Below are positions 22,020 through 33,382 of a DNA stretch of 44,942 bases, in pieces. The stretch spans positions 1 to 44,942 of the forward strand of contig NW_021834844.1 of assembly GCF_006345805.1 (NCBI RefSeq), written 5' to 3'. Each line of letters opens with the position of its first letter. Position 1 is the stretch's first letter. The translations under genes were made by a program, and so were the position numbers. This DNA is from Octopus sinensis. Its lineage: Eukaryota. The notes under the pieces are model-generated. The model saw only the letters and a list, made by a program, of their open reading frames with translations. It was not told the origin of the DNA and searched no databases.

Positions 22020-23092
22020 CTGTCAACAACATTTACAGAAATGAATAAATATTTGTTGATATTAATGAAAATATTTAATAATAAATACATGACATTTGAA
22101 TAAATGTAGTCGATTATGCTTTGTCCAAAAGAAATTAGTAATATATTTCGTATCTCACACAGGTCACTCCTAGACACTTGATCATTTTGCTTCTAGAATA
22201 GGTACGACTGACAGATAACTTCGATTCTATCAACTCTATTTCAGTGGCAAACAACGAGTAAAAAACACTGGATAATGGTGTAAAGACTAAGCTATATGGA
22301 AGACAACAACAATTCACTCACACTAACTTCTTCACAAATTTCTCGGTGCATTAGGTGAAAGTGCAAAATGAGTAAGTCTTAGAGACGAAGTCGAAGCGAA
22401 ACTGTGTGAATGAAATTGTAACCTGAGGCTGCTCGAATGACTTAAGTAGTAAATTTATTCCTTTGTAATTTTCGTTTCCTACGTATGTTTCGATGTGCTT
22501 TTCCATGCACTTTTGCGTCACCATATTTACATCTTGCTTGAATTATTTTCATATCTCTCCAACGTTACTAATTTATTCAAGCCGATACCATGACCGTTTA
22601 CCACATTACCTTTCTCACTTAAAGAATCCCAAAAGACATGATGTAAAGTGTTTCGTTTAGTACTCAGAATTAAAATCCCATGAAAGTCAATTCTTTCTTT
22701 CATTTTTGCTTCAATAAAATCAATAAGTGAGTATTTTCCGCATCAACAAATTCACATCTATAAAACTTTTACACAGAGAATATATGTACGGGATAGATAG
22801 ATGGCTAGACAACTAGATAGATAGACAGAGAAAGAGAGAGAATGCGTGTGTGTGCGTGTGATAAAGAGAGAGAGAGAGAGAGAAAAGAAAGAGAGAGAGA
22901 GAGAGAGAGAAAGAAAGAGAGAAAGAAAGAGAGAGAGAGAATACGTGTGTGTGCGTGTGATAGAGAGAGAGAGAGAATACGTGTGTGAGCGTGTGATAGA
23001 GAGAGAGAGAGAGTGAGAGAAAGAAAGAGATTGAGAGAAAGAAAGAGAGAGATGAAATTAGCGATAAAGTGAGATAAAACCATTATACATAC

Positions 23093-23234
23093 CCCAGGCC
23101 AAAATTAAAATCCTCTTGATAAAAGATGACCGAATGGTTTTGAATACAAACAGGCCTCGATAAATATGAATTGCTTCTACAGTCATCCCCATGAGAGATG
23201 TCAGAAGGAAGTAGTGTAACACAGCAGCCATTGC
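23093..23234 (-). CDS. Adhesion GPCR exon: TM3-ICL2-TM4 start
   Basis: gttgtag/gtatgt, 142 nt, phase 0 to 1; AMAAVLHYFLLTSLMGMTVEAIHIYRGLFVFKTIRSSFIKRILILAW(G). Confidence 0.95.
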
Positions 23235-23284
23235 CTACAACAACAATACCAACAATAAAGATATCTGACATTGACGCATGGCCT

Positions 23285-23499
23285 ATACTCTTTACTCTTT
23301 TACTTGTTTCAGTCATTTGACTGCGGCCATGCTGGAGCACCGCCTTTAATCGAGCAACTCGATCCCGGGACTTATTCTTTGTAAGCCCAGTACTTATTCT
23401 ATCGGTCTCTTTTGCCGAACCGCTAAGTGACGGGAAAATAAACACACCAGCATCGGTTGTCAAGCAATGCTAGGGGGACAAACACAAACACACAAACAT

Positions 23500-23588
<89 letters not shown>

Positions 23589-23752
23589 CATATATAGGAC
23601 GGACTTCTTTCAGTTTCCTTCTACCAAATCCACTCACAAGGGTTTGGTCGGCCCGAGGCTTTAGTAGAAGACACTTGCCCAAGGTGCCACGCAGTGGGAC
23701 TGAACCCGGAACCATGTGGTTGGTAAACAAGATACTTACCACACAGCCACTC
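23285..23752 (-). mobile_element. SINE family A (intronic)
   Basis: Reverse complement of the 3228 element. Confidence 0.9.
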
Positions 23753-24023
23753 TATTTCGCAGAGGTGGCGTATAGATTTGATTGACATTTTGTATTATTG
23801 AACCCAGACGGATAAACATTAAATAAATCCCACTGACATTTTAATAGAAATCTCAAAAAGATGTCCTTCAATATAAAAAGGCATTTCGTTTGATGTTTTT
23901 GTCAATACACTACATTATTACGTCATAGTAATGGCTTCAAATTTTTGCTCAGGGCCAGGAATTTTGGGGTTGTGCCTAAGTCGATTACATCGACTCCAGT
24001 GCTCAAATGGTACTTTCTTAATT

Positions 24024-24256
24024 GTGGAGGCGAATGGCTTAGTGGTTAGGGTGTCAGCACCATGATCGTATGATTGTGGTTTCGATTCCTGGTCCGGGCG
24101 ACGCGTTGTATTCTTGAGCAAAACACTTCAGTTCACTCAGTCCACTCAGCTGGCGAAAATGAGTAACGCTGCGATGGACTGGCGTCCCGTCCAGCTGGGG
24201 AACGCATATGCCATAGAAACCGGGAAACCGGGCCCATGAGCCTGGTTAGGCTTTAG
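24024..24256 (+). mobile_element. tRNA-derived SINE, family D
   Basis: GTGGAGGCGAATGGCTTAGTGGTTAGG..GTTTCGATTCC head; 3' block GACTGGCGTCCCGTCCAG..GAAACCGGGAAACCGG shared with family E. Confidence 0.75.
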
Positions 24257-24560
24257 TGGAGGTACATGGCCTAGTGTTTAGAGCAGCGGACTCGTAGTCG
24301 AGGGATCGCGGGTTCGAATCTCAGACCAGGTGATGTGTGTGTTTATGAGCGAAATACCTTAGCTCCACGCGGCTCCGGCAGAAAAGAGTAGCGAATTTCT
24401 GCTGACTCTTTTGCCACATCTTTCTCTCAGTCTTTCCTCCTGCATCATGCAGCTCACTTACGACGGACCGGCGTCCCGTCCAGGTGGGGAACCTATACGC
24501 CAAGGAAACCGGGAAACCGGCCCTTATGTGCCAGCAATGGCTCGAGAAGGAACAAAAAAA
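24257..24560 (+). mobile_element. tRNA-derived SINE, family E
   Basis: GTGGAGGTACATGGCCTAGTG..GGTTCGAATCTC head; second copy at 27319-27620. Confidence 0.8.
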
Positions 24561-25261
24561 CTTACTTAATTGACCACGAAAGTATTAAAGGCAATATCGA
24601 CCTCTGTGGAATATGAATTCAGAATGAAAAGACGGACGAAGTGTTGCAAAGAATTTTATCCGCCTCGTTAACTTTTCTGCTAGATCGCCGCCTTCATCAT
24701 TACATCGTGATAATATCAATAATAATTATTTCTTCTACAGACACGAGGCCTGAAATTTTGGTGGAATGTCTTAGTCGGATACTTTGACCAAAGTGCTCAG
24801 CTGGTACTTATTTTATCGATCTCGAAATGTGAAAGGTAGAATTCGATCTCAGAAAGTAAAGACGGACGAAATGCCGCCAAGCATTTTGTCCGGCGTGCTA
24901 ACGATTCTGTGACGAGTTGAGCAAGTATTAGAGAGAGCGAGGTTAATCGATACTATCGATCTCAATACTCGGTTGTTACTTTAATTCATCGACTCCTGAG
25001 TGGATGACAAGGTTCAACCTTTACTTTCATCCCTCTTGGGGTCGATAAACGAAAGGAACAGTCAAGTATAAAGATCGATGATATCGACTGAATCCCTTCT
25101 TCCTAAAAATTGCCTGATTAGATAGAAAGGCTCGAAGGGATAAAAAAAAAATTCGAAGAATGTTGAACAGGAATCTAGCATAGACATATGGGGTGCGCTA
25201 ACACTTTATATAAAGGCGAGCGGATGGGTGGAAGATGTCTTACAAAATTACAGTTTGACGA

Positions 25262-25430
25262 AATAAAAGTTATTTACATTATTTACATTTGAAGGATATT
25301 TCTCCTCATCTTGTTTGTTATTAACACAAAATTTCGGCTGATATACCCTCCAGCCTTCATCAGGTGTCTTGGGGAAATCTCGAACCTGGGTTCTCATTCT
25401 TAAGGTATTTTTCGATAGCGTTGTTGTTGT
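25262..25430 (-). mobile_element. Penelope-like pLTR fragment with damaged hammerhead motif (25322-25370)
   Basis: Minus: GACAC-CTGATGA-A-GGCTG-gagggtatat-CAGCC-GAAA-ttt-t-GTGTT; canonical core, but stem III is not palindromic. Confidence 0.6.
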
Positions 25431-25818
25431 TGTTGTTATTATTATTATTATTATTCAGATCACTGCCTGGAATCGAATTCGGAATCTTGGTGTTAGTAGC
25501 CCGTGCTCTTAACCACTACGCCATATGCCCGTCATATTATTATCACTCATTTCTTGGTATTTCTGAGACAGTTAATCATTATCAAATGAAAACTGGTTCA
25601 CCTTCTAGCTGATTCGGTGAACGGAACATCCTGATCGTGAAATTAAGATGCAAGTGGATGAGGACTCCAGAGACACAGGTACCCTTAACGTGAACAGAAT
25701 GTGGCAAAGCTGGCCCTTCTAAAGTAAAAGTAGCATTCGGTTTTGCCAGCTGAGCGGAAGGGGACAATATGGAATAAAGAGTCTTCCTGACGACGTCGAC
25801 CTCACGAATTTAGAATCT

Positions 25819-26029
25819 GTTGTTGTTGTTGTTGTTGTTAAGCAACAAGACGGGTAAGGGTTATTAGGCGATGGTCTAGGGCTTAGGGGTGGGAGACCCC
25901 GGACTTAGGAAAAAAAACTTTGTTCGTCTTGTTGTAGTCGAGGGCTCTTCGTTGACGCCCGACACCACTGTGAGGTGGCCCTCGAAGTCGCTGGAAATGG
26001 AGATCTCCAGGTCCAAACTCTTGAATGGC
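25819..26029 (-). mobile_element. 211-bp retroposed fragment with (CAA)n tail and 14-bp TSD
   Basis: CGAATTTAGAATCT at 25805-25818 and 26030-26043; (GTT)n at the left end. Confidence 0.75.
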
Positions 26030-26281
26030 CGAATTTAGAATCTTGAGCAAAGTGACATAACCACTTAGCGACGCACCCTCACTGGTCAAATGAAAGAATG
26101 TAAGAACGAACAACGGAAAGATTAAATGTAATATCAATAGAAATATTGGAAATAATTTGGAAAGAGCCACAACATGGGCTCTCTTACTGGATGAAATCTG
26201 TTTAGTAGACTTTCTTTCACAATGAGGGATTTGCACTTACATAGCATGGACTGATAAGCATATTTTTACGAAAATGAGACA

Positions 26282-26690
26282 ATAGGCGCAGGAGTGGCTG
26301 CGTGGTAAGTAGCTTGCCTACCAACCACATGGTTCCGGGTTCAGTCCCACTGCGTGGCATCTTGGCCAAGTGTCTTCTACTATAGCCTCGGGCCGACCAA
26401 AGCCTTGTGAGTGGATTTGGTAGACGGAAACTGAAAGAAGCCTGTCGTATATATGTATATATATATATATGTATGTGTGTATATGTTTGTGTGTCTATGT
26501 TTGTCCCTCTAGCATTGCTTGACAACCGATGCTGGTGTGTTTACGTCCCCGTCACTTAGCAAAAAGAGACCGATAGAATAAGTACTGGGCTTACAATGAA
26601 TAAGTCCCGGGGTCGATTTGCTCGACTAAAGGCGGTGCTCCAACATGGCCGCAGTCAAATGACTGAAACAAGTAAAAGAGTAAAAGAGTG
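26282..26690 (+). mobile_element. SINE family A (intronic)
   Basis: Full-length match to the 3228 element. Confidence 0.9.
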
Positions 26691-26957
26691 CCATGCACAC
26701 AAAAAAAACAAAAAATACTTTAAATAACTTCTTAGTATATAATGGGGGCAAGTTTTACATCATCTCAAAAGTCATTAGTTGAACTATTAGTCCTCTGGCA
26801 TTCTGGGGGGTATCAGAGCGTTTGAGTGATATTAGACCCCAACAAACGCCCGTAAATTAAATGTATCTATCTGGGCCACGATTTTGGTCTGTAGTCCTGT
26901 GCCTTACGGCGACGATCGGGACCCATCGTGTTTTATGTTAAATATGTGTTCACTTAC

Positions 26958-27080
26958 CTTACAAACAGCTGTTATTTTGTACTATATTCTTGGAACCCAA
27001 CAAGAAAGATAAAATAAGTGGCAGCTAAAGAAACGCACAAGTTTACTAAAACCTTGGAAGACGTTAATTTCCATAGATTT
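26958..27080 (-). CDS. Adhesion GPCR exon: ICL1-TM2-ECL1 (1-nt frameshift at 26975-26978 as given)
   Basis: ttatttcag/gtaagt; NLWKLTSSKVLVNLCVSLAATYFIFLVGFQEYSTK then, one base shifted, ITAVCK. Length is 123, but flanking phases (2 and 0) require 124. Confidence 0.9.
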
Positions 27081-27318
27081 CTGAAATAACGAAAACAAGA
27101 AATAATACTGCATTAAATTAACACAAATATAAAATGCATTGTTCAAAGCACAAAATAGTATTACAACTATGTTTATAGGTGATGGTTATTCGAAATATAA
27201 ATGATATGTTGACTATGCATTTACAATATGTATTTAGACATGGTGTAGTGTAGCTGTGTGTAATAGGCTGTATTAGATATAAAGCATTGTGTTTATTGTT
27301 GACTGTGTTCATTGGGTA

Positions 27319-27620
27319 GGTGGAGGTACGTGGCCTAGTTGTTAGAGCAGCGGACTCGCGGTCGAGGGAACGCGGGTTCGAATCTCAGACCAGACAATGT
27401 GTATGCTTATGAGCGAAACACGTAAGCTCCACGCGGTTCCGGCAGAAAAGAGTAGCGAAATTCTGCTGACTCTTTTGCCACATCTTTCTCTCAGTCTTTC
27501 CTCCAGCATCATGCAGCTCACCTACGACGGACCGGTGTCCCGTCCAGGTGGGGAACCTATACGCCAAAGAAACCGGGAAACCGGCCCTTATAAGCCAGGC
27601 ATGGCTCGAGAAGGAACAAA
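27319..27620 (+). mobile_element. SINE family E
   Basis: Homologous to 24257-24560. Confidence 0.8.
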
Positions 27621-27704
27621 CAGGTTTGATTGTTGATAGTAGTTCTGTACATGACGCATTGATAGTTGTTCATGATAGATGTCCGTACATGACGCATTGA
27701 ACGT

Positions 27705-28068
27705 GGAAGCAATCCGTCGGTTACGACGACGAGGGTTCCGATTGATCCGAATCAACGGAACAGCCTGCTCGTGAAATTAGCGTGTAAGTGGCTGAGCACT
27801 CCACAGACACGTGCACCCTTAACGTAGTTCTCGGGGATATTCAGTGTGACACAGAGAGTGACTAGGCCGGCCCCTTGAAATACAGGTACAACAGAAACAG
27901 GAAGTAAGAGTGAGAGAAAGTTGTGGTGAAAGAGTACAGCAGGGATCACCACCATCCCCTGCCGGAGCCTCGTGGAGCTTTTAGGTGTTTTCGCTCAATA
28001 AACACTCACAACGCCCGGTCTGGGAATCGAAACCGCGATCCTATGACCGCGAGTCCGCTGCCCTAACC
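27705..28068 (-). mobile_element. SINE family C, ~20-nt 5'-truncated, 13-bp TSD
   Basis: ACGCATTGAACGT at 27692-27704 and 28069-28081. Confidence 0.9.
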
Positions 28069-28476
28069 ACGCATTGAACGTAGAATACGCTGACGCACGC
28101 AAGCACACAACGTACACACATATATGTTGTTAATACATTAACAGCAATGCTACACTGTACAATAGACTACGACTGTAAGTTTTTGTCAACCCTGTATTCA
28201 ACATGCAGTTTCAGGTATCATATTACACAGAGTGTCTCCTTGTCCATAAGAGTAAGAATCAGCCGGACTCGTTTAAATTCTGTGTTAGAGTACAACTCGC
28301 TAGGTCTCCACGGATACACAGTTTGTAAACTAGATTTCCTAAAATGTATAAGGAAATCTGCTTAACGAATTTGCGTATAAAATGCTCAATTATTAATTAT
28401 TTTGAGTATTATTATGTGAAGATTTGTATGTTTTATATATGTATTCTTATCTAGATGTGCTCTTATATATTTAAAT

Positions 28477-28850
28477 ACTCTTTACTCTTTACTCTTTTAC
28501 TTGTTTCAGTCATTTCACTGCGGCCATGCTGGAGCACCGCCTTTAATCGAGCAACTCGACCCCGGGACTTATTCTTTTGTAAGCCCAGTACTTATTCTAT
28601 CAGTCTCTTTTGCCGAACCACTAAGTAACGGTTGTCAAGCAATGCTAGGGGGACAAACACAGACACACAAACACACACATATATACGACGGGCTTCTTTC
28701 AGTTTCCGTCTACCAAATCCACTCACAAGGCTTTGGTCGGCCCGAGGCCATAGTAGAAGACACTTGTTCTAGGTGCCATGCAGTGGGACTGAACCCGGAA
28801 GCATGTGGCTGGTAAACAAGCTACTTACCACACAGCCACTCCTGCGCCTA
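28477..28850 (-). mobile_element. SINE family A with internal deletion
   Basis: Reverse complement of the 3228 element, lacking the ~30-bp ACGGGGACGT..CACCAGCAT block. Confidence 0.88.
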
Positions 28851-29529
28851 TGATGAACTTCTGGAAAGTTTTACAGATTTTTACAGTTTCAGTGATAGAT
28901 TGGCTCTGTAGTCTTTGATTTAGCTTTCCCCTTTCTGGTTTTGAGAAGCCTAATTTCATGTATGTATGTAAGTTATATGTATGCATGTATAAACACTGTC
29001 AGAAAGACATAGATTTCTGATTAAGATCAGGGAATACGGAGCAGCGTTAGACAAATATTGACATTCCAGCAAAACATATACCATACATACATATATACAC
29101 ACCGCACACACATATTCTCGATCACACCCAAAGGAAGCTAATCTGGTTGGATAGCGAATATAAACTCGTCAACAAGCTACAACTCGGTCACAGACATATT
29201 GTATAAAGATGATAGAGACCGATATAGTAGTAACAGTAAAGCCATACTTCTCTGAATTAACTCTACTTAAACACACAGAACACCCCTCACTCCTCTTTTT
29301 CGCATGTCATCGTTAATGTGAGTCGCTTACAAAACCTGCACTAAAATATTTGTCCAGTCAACAATCCTTCATCAAATTGACAACATTCTGGAATTCTTTT
29401 CACATCCATGATTTTTCTGCAGACATCAACTATTGATCTTACCAATCTGTGAGAATTCCACAAACTGTTGGACACTGTCTCTCTGCATTTGAACAGTTTA
29501 CAAAATAAGATAGAAATTGAAATGCTTAC

Positions 29530-29651
29530 TTGAAATAAACATGAACTATTGCTGTCAGAATGACACAGACAAATGATATTCCGGAACCAATGTTAGAAAG
29601 AATAGACAACATTTGACTATGTTTTACATCTCTTTCATTCTGGTAGACATC
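29530..29651 (-). CDS. Adhesion GPCR exon: stalk end and TM1
   Basis: ctattgcag/gtaagc, 122 nt, phase 0 to 2; DVYQNERDVKHSQMLSILSNIGSGISFVCVILTAIVHVYF(K). Confidence 0.94.
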
Positions 29652-30082
29652 CTGCAATAGAAACAAACGACAACATATTATCCCCTCCTTTCTTATCTTA
29701 TTTCTTTCTTATATGCTAAGTCAATACTTATATAAATTATGAGGGTTAATATAGGCGGGTGCCATCTTCTATTACATGTTACATGATATTTAACCCCAGT
29801 GTGACGTTTCACTGTCGTTATGATGTATATGAGATATCTGAGTCAAGTTCGAATATACCACCGTCCTATAAATCTTTAGTTCAAATTCATTGAAGGTATA
29901 TCTTATTATATGTTATCAGTACAAATAATTGGAGCTGTTTGACCTAAACCGTTAATTGAGGGCGGACGTATGGCTTAAAATATGTGATAAATAAATATCC
30001 AGATAGTGTAATAAAGAGAAGTGAAGTTATTTAGTAATGTTCTAACAACACTGCCATTATGATGTCAGATGATAGTAGAACT

Positions 30083-30315
30083 TAAGGCGGCGAGCTGGCA
30101 GAATCGTTAGCACGCCGGACGAAAGGCTTAGCGTATTTCGTCTGCCGTTACGTTCTGAGTTCAAATTCCGCCGAGGTCGACTTTACTTTTCATCCTTTCG
30201 GGGTCGATAAATTAAGTACCAGTTACTCACTGGGGTCGATGTAATCGACTTAACCCCTTTGTCTGTCCTTGTTTGTCCCCTCTATGTTTAACCCCTTGTG
30301 GGCAATAAAGAAATA
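30083..30315 (+). mobile_element. SINE family B monomer with 16-bp TSD
   Basis: AGATGATAGTAGAACT at 30067-30082 and 30316-30331. Confidence 0.93.
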
Positions 30316-30601
30316 AGATGATAGTAGAACTGGTATTGAGTGAACTAACTTATTGCATTGCTTCAGCTATTCCTTTAAGCTAAAATATGTACAGAAGATA
30401 GGGGTAGGTTTTAGTTTTACGGGTAGCAGATGTGTTGTAGAAACTGACAGATATTGTATATATCTGCATTATTGACACAGAAGTTTCATGTAAATGAGAG
30501 GAGAGACCCTGTAACAGAATCATGAAGAGGCCAAATGTTTAACTTGTAAGCTACAAACATGGCTTTTGTGCTTTAGAGAATTATTGTATACTAAATAAGT
30601 A

Positions 30602-30954
30602 CCGTAGATCCTCGAGTATATTCCGCCCGTGAGTATAATATGCAGGGGATTTTTAGGGGGTTGTACCTCTGAAAAACCTAAACCTTGTGTATAATACGCA
30701 CTCCTTCTCTAACCTGAGTCAAGGAGGTCAATATAACGTCCTTGGTTTGTAAAAATGTATACGGTAACGTCCTTTATTATTTTTGTATATATAGCATAAT
30801 GCAAACGTGTAGCTTCTTTGTACTTGACAGCAAAAAGAGACTCGGACATTGCTTAGGAAATATTTTTCAGTTTTACCGCGTATATAGTACGCTCTAGGGA
30901 TTTTGACCTTTAAATTTTTGGAAAAAATTGCGGATTATACTCGAGGATTTACGG
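30602..30954. mobile_element. Tc1/mariner-type MITE, 353 bp
   Basis: TIRs CCGTAGATCCTCGAGTATA / TATACTCGAGGATTTACGG, with TA at 30600-01 and 30955-56. Confidence 0.85.
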
Positions 30955-31281
30955 TATCTCTTACTTAGATTGTCATTCAGATTGTTTTAGCCCAATAGAT
31001 TTTAAATTCAGCGAAAATGGTTGTTTTTCTCTGTCCCATGACATTCACCTTTGAGGAATTCTCATGCATTTAATTGAGGATGGTATCTTGGTTCATCAAG
31101 TAGACACCGTTCTGAGTTTAAACTGATAAACAGCAATAAGAGCACGATCAACAGTGCCCTATTACAAAATACCAACCTCACATATTTACTAAAATGATGG
31201 TTAATACGTGTTGAACTTATTTATGCACAGACAGGATTTCCAGTGTACTGGCAATTAACTGGTTGTCGTAATGTTACCAAC

Positions 31282-31431
31282 CATTAGCATGGCAAAACTT
31301 GTAAGATGGTTACAAGTACAAAATACTTTTTTTCCAGGTTCATAGTCGGATGTATCACAGCCCTTTGCTGACCAGTGGGGATTACGCCCTGGGGATTCGT
31401 CCCAATAGACACATTGTGGGTTGGTGGCATT
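31282..31431 (-). CDS. Adhesion GPCR exon: GPS autoproteolysis motif and Stachel
   Basis: gtatttcag/gttggt, 150 nt, phase 0-0; NATNPQCVYWDESPGRNPHWSAKGCDTSDYEPGKKVFCTCNHL|TSFAMLM with all four Cys, both Trp and HL/T intact. Confidence 0.96.
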
Positions 31432-31522
31432 CTGAAATACAATTTAATCAAATTACTTTGTAATTAGAAATATTAAATTTCTAAATATCTCATAGAGATA
31501 TGTACGGTGGTGGAGCGATAGC

Positions 31523-31869
31523 GTGGTTGTATACTGTCAACTTAACGTGACAGTCCTGTAAGTGAATTACACCACCGCTGTTTAGCCCTAGGAAGCATCG
31601 AGCATATTCCGCTCTTGAGTATAATATGCAGGGGATTTTTAGGGGGTTGTACCTCTGAAAAACCTAAACCTTGTGTATAATACGCACTCCTTCTCTAACC
31701 TGAGTCAAGGTGTATATAACGTCCTTGGTTTGTAAAAAATGTATACGGTAACGTCCTTTATTATTATTGTATATATAACATAATGCAAACGTGTAGCTTC
31801 CTAGGGCTAAACAGCGGTGATGTAATTCTCTTACAGGACTGTCACGTTAAGTTGACAGTATACAACCAC
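31523..31869. mobile_element. Foldback structure: 74-bp inverted arms enclosing a copy of the neighbouring MITE interior
   Basis: 31523-31596 vs 31796-31869 (2 mismatches); 31600-31800 is a direct repeat of 30613-30816. Confidence 0.85.
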
Positions 31870-32365
31870 TCTACTTTGTAATTAAAATACATGTAATGTA
31901 TCTTTGCGAAAGTAACAAAATATCAAACAATGGTAATAAATGTTTAGTTATTATTGACACTGTGAACCCCAAATCACTGTTTGTAACGTAGCTGAACTGA
32001 CAATTCAAATTTGTTTTTTAATCTATGTTTAGTATGATAATTTCTACTCCATCACATTAACAACTGATGTCGTTCTTGAAATATTTAGTGATCTACAAAA
32101 TGACATGATGGTCATGGCTGTAATGTGTTTCATCAGAGGCCTACTGGATCAGAGATGACATGAAGGTAAACAACAATAACAACCTCAACTATGGTCAACG
32201 GAAGCCCAAAGAAATTTATCACATTTAAAATACACAGACGCAATCAATGAAGGCAATAGACAAACATATTAAGAAAATACACTGGTGATTCTAAAAAAAC
32301 AACACAAATAACTGGAAACATATCCGCCGCGTGTATTATAAAGATAGTATAAGTTATAAGTTGAA

Positions 32366-32405
<40 letters not shown>

Positions 32406-32670
32406 ACACCAACACCACCACCACCACTACTACTACTACTACGACTTCTACTACAACACAAATGACTGGAAACATATCCGTCGCGTGTATTATAAAGATG
32501 GTATTATAAAGATATTTATAACTTGAAACTACTACTACTACTACGACTACTACGACTACTACTACTACTACTTGTTCCACCGCGGTCCGTGTTTCATTTG
32601 TGAGCAGTGGTGTATGGCCCTGAAACGAAACATAAACTGTGACAGCTATAACAAAATACATAGCGCTTAC

Positions 32671-32799
32671 CGGATCTATTACATTGAATGCTATTGTAAC
32701 TGGTTCATCACGGTTGGTTATATTAACATTGGGAATACTTGCAGCAATAATATGGCTGTTAATTTTCGTATTTGCTTTGGCACTTGAGTTTTGTATTAC
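32671..32799 (-). CDS. Adhesion GPCR exon: GAIN subdomain B
   Basis: ccctttacag/gtaagc, 129 nt, phase 0-0; VIQNSSAKANTKINSHIIAASIPNVNITNRDEPVTIAFNVIDP (INS.IIAAS..EPV.I.F pattern). Confidence 0.92.
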
Positions 32800-33336
32800 C
32801 TGTAAAGGGAAGCCGTTAGATAAACATATTTATTGCCATAGAAGAGTTTATTAATACATCGTTAAAGCATGGAATTAAACATTGGAGTTGTGCCACGACA
32901 ATATTATTTTAGTCAGTACAACATATATTACAATATATATTACAATTGAGTTCATTACTGAGGGTTATCCTTGCCTTAAGGAATAGATAAATTGCTTTTA
33001 CATCTAAATTGTAAATATTAAGAGCTGCTGTTATGTCTATGTACTTAAGAAAGTTCCTTGAAAATCAACGTATCCTTTGTTCAATCTTCTTACATAGCAC
33101 CTTGGGAAAAGGGATTTCTACAACAGCTTGTGGTTGACAAGAATTTTGAGAGATGTATTTGGTAGCTGAAACTGTTGAAGAGATCCCAAATTTCAACATT
33201 TGTCCCTTGGCGTCCTGTTATTTATTTGATTTCTATTCACTTCGAGCTGTGCGGATAATACCGGACTGGCTTGGTGTCTAAACCTAATTGCCTATTTCAA
33301 CTGAATCTAAATTATATATATATATATATATATATA

Positions 33337-33381
<45 letters not shown>

Positions 33382-33382
<1 letters not shown>

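Noticed and set aside
26970-26980. Rescue of the TAA stop by A-to-I editing
   Set aside because: Recoding the stop would not fix the phase; the next exon would still be out of frame and the conserved Cys lost.
29190-29400. Possible LINE zinc-knuckle remnant (C..FCK) on the minus strand
   Set aside because: Too degraded to assign; multiple stops and only a marginal motif.
32639-32854. Plus-strand hydrophobic ORF (MTAITKYIALT..) as a small membrane protein
   Set aside because: It is the antisense shadow of the GAIN exon 32671-32799.
33050-33215. Further GAIN exon upstream of 32799 (DAKGQMLKF..AVVEIPFP)
   Set aside because: Weak acceptor, ambiguous donor and no clear GAIN motif; cannot be supported without RNA data.
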